Translations under genes and position numbers: made by a program
Assembly: GCA_049599475.1 (NCBI GenBank)
Contig: JBMYOQ010000105.1
Location: forward strand, 1 to 12,197
Reading direction: 5' to 3'
Length of the DNA stretch: 12,197 bases
Origin: Opitutales bacterium
GTDB lineage: Bacteria > Verrucomicrobiota > Verrucomicrobiia > Opitutales > JABSRG01
Shown: positions 7,263-12,197 of the stretch, piece after piece
Layout of the letters: the number at the start of each line of letters is the position of its first letter
Position numbering within the stretch: the first letter of the stretch is position 1
Notes under the pieces: generated by a model
The model's input: only the letters and a program-made list of their open reading frames with translations
What the model was told of the DNA's origin: nothing
The model's database searches: none

Positions 7263-8006
7263 ATGCCAAAGACCATCTTAGTAACCGGAGCCAGTCGCGG
7301 TTTGGGCCGCGCGATCGCGGAGCGCCTGGCCGTCGATTATGATCTCATCCTTCACGCAAGTAGTGAAGCGTCCCTCGAAGGGACCCTTGAGGCAATTCGT
7401 GGCAAGGAGCACAACAAGATCGAGATGCTTCCCGCCGACTTCTCATCACCGGAGGAACAGGAAACCTTCTGCAAGGAGCTCAAGAAATTGGCGAAGGACG
7501 GACTGGGTGGTGTCGTTAATAATGCAGGGATCGCGCTCGATAAACCCCTTTTGTATCAGCCCATCAAGGACATTGACCTGATGCTCAATGTAAACCTGCG
7601 CGCACCGATACTCATCGGCAAAACGGCTTTCCGCATTTTCCTGAAACAACAGCACGGCGTGATCATTAATATAGGTTCAATCGCGGGCGAGGTCGGCAAT
7701 GCTTACCAATCCGTCTACGCCGCCACCAAAGCTGCGCTCTCCGGCTTGTCCAAAAGCTGGTCCCAAGAAGCCACTGAGCTGGCCCCAGGCTCTGCTATTC
7801 GAGCCCTCACAATCAATCCTGGCTTTTTCCAAACCGAGATGATCGATAAAATTCCCGAGGCGATCATCGAGACTTACCGCAAACGCATACCCAGCGGCCG
7901 CTTTGGAAACCCGCAAGAGCTGGCAAACTTCGTGGCCTTTCTTTTTGGACCTGATGCCGCCTATCTCAATGGCGTAGACTTTTCGATCAACGGAGGCATC
8001 CGCTAG
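7263..8006 (+). CDS. fabG: 3-oxoacyl-ACP reductase
   Basis: VTGASRGLG, VNNAGI, INIGS, YAATKAAL, NPGFFQTEM, IPSGRFGNPQELA, YLNG..INGG; first gene of a coupled FAS operon. Confidence 0.85.
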   Translation: MPKTILVTGASRGLGRAIAERLAVDYDLILHASSEASLEGTLEAIRGKEHNKIEMLPADFSSPEEQETFCKELKKLAKDGLGGVVNNAGIALDKPLLYQPIKDIDLMLNVNLRAPILIGKTAFRIFLKQQHGVIINIGSIAGEVGNAYQSVYAATKAALSGLSKSWSQEATELAPGSAIRALTINPGFFQTEMIDKIPEAIIETYRKRIPSGRFGNPQELANFVAFLFGPDAAYLNGVDFSINGGIR

Positions 8007-8705
8007 ATGAAAGGAGTTTATACAGGCGACTGCATCGAACTGGACCAGGAAGATATTCATCTACTGCAGGAAAAGCGTCACCCCGTCCAACAGGAGGCGA
8101 TCCGAGATTTGCCCGAGGGGAATAAAGAAGACCTCTTCGCACTGCCTTTGCCTTTCATGGCGGCGGTTCAGACCGCGACAAGTTTCTATGCGAAGGGCAC
8201 CGGTAAATACGGTAAAGGCTACGCCGAGGGCCAATGGAAGGTGGACCCGAACGATCCGTGGTTTTGGTGCCACTTTGTCCGCGACCCGGTAATGCCTGGA
8301 TCTTTGGGCACAGATGGTCTCTTCCAACTTGCCGGAATCTGGGGAGCCTTTACGCGTAAAATTCAAGGGCGCCCACGGGCTCTCGAAGGAAAATTCACCT
8401 ACGATGGGCAGATCTTCCCCAATGCCCAATGTGTGTATTATCGGATCGATGTATCGCGCTTTTTGAAGAATCGACGGCTCATGCAGTTCGACGGACAAAT
8501 TGCCGTGGACGACCCGGAAAATGTGATCTATCGCTACGAAGGCTGTAAGATGGGCTACTTCTTCCGCGAAGAACTCGGAATCCCCGAAGGCCCCGCCAGC
8601 ACGTATTATTCGCCAGACTGGGAAACCTGCCGCGTAAAGGCACTCGAATCCGTCCAAAGCTCTCAACGCCTCTCAGAAGCTTCTGACGCATCCAATTTAT
8701 CATGA
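8007..8705 (+). CDS. fabA: FabA-like 3-hydroxyacyl-ACP dehydratase/isomerase with C-terminal extension
   Basis: GKYGKGY, then WFWCHFVRDPVMPGSLGTDGLFQLAG, matching the FabA signature (CHF..DPVMPG.LG.D..WQ) with catalytic His and Asp; also RALEG and GQIFP. Confidence 0.85.
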   Translation: MKGVYTGDCIELDQEDIHLLQEKRHPVQQEAIRDLPEGNKEDLFALPLPFMAAVQTATSFYAKGTGKYGKGYAEGQWKVDPNDPWFWCHFVRDPVMPGSLGTDGLFQLAGIWGAFTRKIQGRPRALEGKFTYDGQIFPNAQCVYYRIDVSRFLKNRRLMQFDGQIAVDDPENVIYRYEGCKMGYFFREELGIPEGPASTYYSPDWETCRVKALESVQSSQRLSEASDASNLS

Positions 8706-9319
8706 CAGAGAAACTGACTCATTCTTCAAACTTGGCTGATTCGCTCCTGGACTGTCGCCCCGAGGACATTCTTCCCCACGGGCCGTCCAAGCTCTTTGTC
8801 GATTCCTATGTCTGGCATCAACCCGGATTTGGTGGGGCCGCGGCCTACACAGTCACCGAAGAAGATGTTAAGGATCACTTCGGAATCATGCGCGGAGTGG
8901 ACCAAATCGAGTTTTTCGGCCAGGCCATTACTGTTTCCTGCGGCATCCATTATATCGCCCACAAGGAGGGATGGACTCTGGAGCAATTGCACCGCGAAGT
9001 CCTCTTTCTATTCTTAGGCGTCGGCGAAGTGCGCTTTCGCTCGCAGGCCGATGTGGGAGATCGTTTGGTCGCTCTAGGATATTTTACTTTTCACAAATTT
9101 CGCCAAGGCATCACCGACGGAAGAATCTATGTAGTGCCCAAGCATTACGACTTAAAAGAACTTTTTTCGGATTTTAATGAAGAGCGCCTGCGCAATTACG
9201 ACCTCCCCGAAGATTGTCGACTGGTTACCGAGCTCTTTGGGACAACTGGCAAGCTTGTGAAGAAATCCAAACTCGAGGCCAAACGCCAACAAGCCGAAAA
9301 GGAGTCGTCTGCATCATGA
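8702..9319 (+). CDS. Divergent FabZ-like hotdog-fold dehydratase
   Basis: ILPHGPSKLFVD (cf. LPHRYPFLLVD), DHFGIMRGVDQIEFFGQ (cf. HFP...MPGVL.IEA.AQ, His and Glu kept), FLGVGEVRFRSQADVGDRL (cf. F.GID..RFK.PV.PGD.L). ATGA overlaps at both ends. Confidence 0.75.
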   Translation: MTEKLTHSSNLADSLLDCRPEDILPHGPSKLFVDSYVWHQPGFGGAAAYTVTEEDVKDHFGIMRGVDQIEFFGQAITVSCGIHYIAHKEGWTLEQLHREVLFLFLGVGEVRFRSQADVGDRLVALGYFTFHKFRQGITDGRIYVVPKHYDLKELFSDFNEERLRNYDLPEDCRLVTELFGTTGKLVKKSKLEAKRQQAEKESSAS

Positions 9320-10665
9320 GCCGCCGAAAAGTCGCCGTCGTCGGGATGGGAGGCACCTTCCCGACCTGTTCAAATCTCGAAGAGTTCGAGTCTAAACTAT
9401 TCGGAAACAAGACATTGATACGCGAATGGCCCGAAGCCTCCGCCTATGGTAAAAAGCTGAGGTCACACGTTTCTGGATACGTGACGCCCGAAGAAAGCGG
9501 AATCGAGCCCGTGTATTCCAGCATGCTGGAATACTACGTCGAATACTATCGAGACCTTTCCGGAAACATCCCCACCGAAAATTTGGCTACATCAGACTTG
9601 CCATCGATCTGGAGCATGCAAGGCGCCGACCAAGCGGTAAAAATGGCAGGCTGGAGCATCGATGAAGTTTCCTCAGAACAAACCGCCGTTATCTTGGGAT
9701 CAGCAGGTGGCGGCAATGCTATCTTGCGCCCAGGCTGGCACGCATTCTTCGAGAATAATAAGAAATCGCGCTTACTCGGCTCACACAATGTGGACCGTGC
9801 GATGACCTATCGTGAGGCCGCCAATGTCTCCTGCTTTTTGAAGACCAAGGGCATGTGCGAGGGATTAGGCTCAGCCTGTGCGACGGGTTTAGGGAGCATC
9901 GGTTATGCCTACCGAATGATTGCCAACGGATATCAAGAGCGTGCGATTACCGGCGCTGCCGAGGGCACATCCCTGGAATCTTTTCTCGGCTTCGATGCCA
10001 TGAGTGTGCTGAGCCGTGGATTTGCACCTGAGAAAAGCTCACGTCCATTTGCGGCAGACCGCGGCGGCTTCGTCTGCTCCTTCGGAAGCGGTATCGTATG
10101 CCTTGAAAATCTCGAACTGGCCGAAGCTCGCGGGGCGCCCATCCTCGGGGTGATTGAAGGCTACCACAACAATGCCGACGGCGATGGTGACATGTTTTCC
10201 CCCTCATTCGATGGACAGCGCAGGTTATGGCAGGGCTTATTCGCAGATGCAGGATCCGACGCTAAGCCCGACGTCGTCAAGGCTCATGGAACGTCTACCC
10301 CCACAGGCGACGGCTTAGAGCTGAACAGCATCGTTTCCGTTCTTGGCTCAAAAGACTATTTGGTCTCTGCCCCGAAATCGCAATTTGGACATATGCTGGG
10401 TGCAGCGGGATCGGTGGAATTTGTAGTGGCTCTGTTGATGCTCAAACGCAACGAGGCGTCTCCCTGCCAAAATTCAGAAATCCTCAGCGAAGAATTGGAA
10501 GCCTTCCAGACAAGTCCAGAGTGGTCAGGCCCCAAGGAACCCATCGCAGCCTATCGCGACATTTTACCCACCCACGCGACTCCGACACAAATCGAGCGAA
10601 TCGCCTGCCTAAACTACGGTTTCGGAGGCACCAACGCAGCTATAATGATCAAGCGATATGAGTGA
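9316..10665 (+). CDS. Beta-ketoacyl-ACP synthase (FabB/FabF family), 449 aa
   Basis: RRKVAVVGMG, catalytic SACATG, AHGTST..GD..E, KSQFGHMLGAAG, SRPFAADRGGFV, NYGFGGTN; Cys-His-His triad intact. ATG 9316 overlaps the upstream TGA (ATGA). FabB versus FabF cannot be resolved by eye. Confidence 0.92.
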   Translation: MSRRKVAVVGMGGTFPTCSNLEEFESKLFGNKTLIREWPEASAYGKKLRSHVSGYVTPEESGIEPVYSSMLEYYVEYYRDLSGNIPTENLATSDLPSIWSMQGADQAVKMAGWSIDEVSSEQTAVILGSAGGGNAILRPGWHAFFENNKKSRLLGSHNVDRAMTYREAANVSCFLKTKGMCEGLGSACATGLGSIGYAYRMIANGYQERAITGAAEGTSLESFLGFDAMSVLSRGFAPEKSSRPFAADRGGFVCSFGSGIVCLENLELAEARGAPILGVIEGYHNNADGDGDMFSPSFDGQRRLWQGLFADAGSDAKPDVVKAHGTSTPTGDGLELNSIVSVLGSKDYLVSAPKSQFGHMLGAAGSVEFVVALLMLKRNEASPCQNSEILSEELEAFQTSPEWSGPKEPIAAYRDILPTHATPTQIERIACLNYGFGGTNAAIMIKRYE

Positions 10666-11497
10666 TTCTAAAGAAGTTCAACTCCCAGGTATTCAGGGAA
10701 AAACAGCTCTCATTTTTGGAGTAAGAAACGATGCCTCGATAGCCTGGGCCACTGCTGAATCTCTCCATGCTCAGGGCTGCACCGTTGCGCTTAATTATCT
10801 TCCTGATACCCAAGTCGAGGTCGAAGCCCTGGCAAAAAAAGCAGGCATGGATCCAGAGCTCATCCAGCAAGTAGATGTCCGGAAAGAGGCAGAGATCCAG
10901 AGCTTCGTAGATGCCGTCCATAAAAAATCTGGCAATATCGACTTCGTCTTTCATTCGGTCGCCTACGGCAATCATCGCGTAATGTGCAGCAAGGCTCCCG
11001 GTTCTCAGGATGAGCCCACAGATTTCCTAGATATTCCCTTCGATGATTTCATGGATTCATTTAACATTAGCACATATTCTCTGCTGAGGATTTGTAGAAC
11101 CTGTAAGCCCTTCTTAAATCCAGGAGCTTCCGTATTGGCCATGACATACAACGCCTCACAACGCGTGCTGCCCGCCTACGGTGGTATGGCCATCAACAAG
11201 GCTGCCTTGGAGAACTTGACTCAGTACCTCGCACATCATTTAGCCGACACTGATATCAGAGTGAATGCGCTCTCTGCCGGACTGGTCATGACCACTTCCG
11301 CAGCCGGTATCACCGGCGTTCGCAAGATGAGAAAACTCAGCAGACAAATTTCTCCACTAGGTAATGTGAAGGCGCAAGACGTAGCCGACGCCGCCTTGTA
11401 TTATTTTTCCGACCTCTCCCAAAAGGTCACTGGAAACATTCATTATATCGATGGAGGTATCAATATGATGGGGACGGCTGGAAATGAAGGCGCCTGA
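10658..11497 (+). CDS. fabI: Enoyl-ACP reductase
   Basis: GKTALIFGVRNDASIAW, IDFVFHSVAY, NISTYSL, MTY...RVLPAYGGMAINKAALE (Y-X6-K), IRVNALSAG, VTGNIHYIDGG. Confidence 0.9.
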   Translation: MSDSKEVQLPGIQGKTALIFGVRNDASIAWATAESLHAQGCTVALNYLPDTQVEVEALAKKAGMDPELIQQVDVRKEAEIQSFVDAVHKKSGNIDFVFHSVAYGNHRVMCSKAPGSQDEPTDFLDIPFDDFMDSFNISTYSLLRICRTCKPFLNPGASVLAMTYNASQRVLPAYGGMAINKAALENLTQYLAHHLADTDIRVNALSAGLVMTTSAAGITGVRKMRKLSRQISPLGNVKAQDVADAALYYFSDLSQKVTGNIHYIDGGINMMGTAGNEGA

Positions 11498-11882
11498 GCC
11501 AAATCTGGACACATGCGTCGATTTCCCTGTTTTCGTCGGAAACGATCTCGTCCACCTTCCCGGTTTTCGCCAACTGCTCAATCCCTCGTTCATCAGACGC
11601 GCCTACGCCGAGTCCGAAGTAAATTATTGCGAACAATTCGAAGACTCCGGCCTGCGCTACGCTTCAACCTGGGCTGCAAAAGAAGCCACCATGAAAGCAT
11701 TGCGCCAAGCCATCCCAGGATTCACCTGCCCCTGGAAGCAGATTGTTATCCTTCGCGAAAAGGCTTCTGGCATACCCCACGTGCACCTACCCGAGAAGGC
11801 CGGCACAGAGCTTAAAAGCAGACTCACCCTGAGCCACGACGGAGACTACGTTTGGGCCATCGCGCTGATGAGTAAGGCCTAG
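11484..11882 (+). CDS. acpS: Holo-ACP synthase (AcpS-type phosphopantetheinyl transferase)
   Basis: VGNDLV, RYASTWAAKEATMKAL, SGIPHV, LTLSHDGDYVWAIA; 132 aa, overlapping the fabI end by 14 bp. Confidence 0.9.
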   Translation: MKAPEPNLDTCVDFPVFVGNDLVHLPGFRQLLNPSFIRRAYAESEVNYCEQFEDSGLRYASTWAAKEATMKALRQAIPGFTCPWKQIVILREKASGIPHVHLPEKAGTELKSRLTLSHDGDYVWAIALMSKA

Positions 11883-11909
11883 CGTATCCAGTTCCAGCAT
11901 TTTCAGAAA

Positions 11910-11999
11910 GGTAACGCCGGTTCACCGTAACCGGCATGACTCGGTCTTAGCCGAATTAGGCTGTCGCGCTTATGCCCGTTGGTTTCCAAGGGCCCTACC
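11910..11999. repeat. REP doublet (REPIN-like), copy 3, just downstream of the FAS operon
   Basis: GGTAACGCCGGTTCACCGTAACCGGC (+) and GGTAGGGCCCTTGGAAACCAACGGGC (-). Spacer ATGACTCGGTCTTAGCCGAATTAGGCTGTCGCGCTTAT is homologous to copies 1 and 2. Confidence 0.85.
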
Positions 12000-12037
12000 T
12001 TTTCGACCTCAATAAATACACCACGAAAATACTTTCA

Positions 12038-12130
12038 TCACGCCCGCTCCGCTCAAGACGCCAAGACCCAAAGCGTAAACACAGATGAAACCTTTCAGCT
12101 GATTCTTGGGGTCTTCGGGTCTTTGCGTGA
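12038..12130. repeat. Long imperfect hairpin element with 8-nt periodic arms
   Basis: AAGACGCCAAGACCCAAAG (12055..12073) pairs with 12105..12123 at 16/19 positions; the outer TCACGC (12038..12043) pairs with GCGTGA (12125..12130). Confidence 0.65.
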
Positions 12131-12150
12131 AACCCCTAGCAACAATTACG

Positions 12151-12197
12151 TCGGTTCTCAAAAGTGTTTTCGTTTATTCTGGTAGAAGCCGACGACC
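12151..12197 (+). repeat. Right copy of the 47-bp terminal inverted repeat
   Basis: TCGGTTCTCAAAAGTGTTTTCGTTTATTCTGGTAGAAGCCGACGACC is the reverse complement of 3..49 (46/47); it ends within a GTAG-AA-GCCGAC REP-like arm. Confidence 0.92.

Noticed and set aside
8061..8666. 201-aa antisense ORF opposite the fabA-like gene (also 4455..4970, 6371..6730, 7677..8060 and other short ORFs)
   Set aside because: Shadow frames of well-supported genes with no recognisable motifs.
9214..9315. Upstream extension of the ketosynthase ORF
   Set aside because: It lies inside the FabZ-like gene. ATG 9316 forms an ATGA coupling and is followed directly by the canonical RRKVAVVGMG start.
5781..11882. Aryl polyene, flexirubin, ladderane, pfa-PUFA or polyyne cluster
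   Set aside because: There is only one KS and no chain-length factor, an enoyl reductase is present, and there are no DarAB, radical SAM, methyltransferase, multidomain Pfa, fatty acyl-AMP ligase or thioesterase genes.
11979..12185. 68-aa ORF at the right end
   Set aside because: It is composed of repeat and hairpin elements.

Overview
A compact, self-contained lipid-biosynthesis locus with about 12 genes in four transcription units. These are: (i) a Bacillus-Des/DesA-type membrane desaturase (minus strand), divergent from (ii) an alcohol-forming fatty acyl reductase (FAR) plus a HAD phosphatase; and (iii) an atypical ACP followed by a FAD2/omega-6-type desaturase (minus strand), divergent from (iv) a PlsC-type acyltransferase fused to an SDR, followed by a translationally coupled type II FAS operon (fabG, fabA-like, fabZ-like, fabB/F, fabI, acpS). 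No FabD, FabH, thioesterase, acyl-CoA/AMP ligase, alkyl-DHAP synthase, transporter or regulator is present. My best reading (inference) is a dedicated second FAS feeding polyunsaturated acyl chains into a fatty-alcohol, ether-lipid, wax-ester or acylglycerol pathway. The intergenic DNA holds several GTAG-type REP doublets (REPIN-like), and the two window ends are a near-perfect 47-bp inverted repeat. All calls come from motifs read by eye; no database searches were run.
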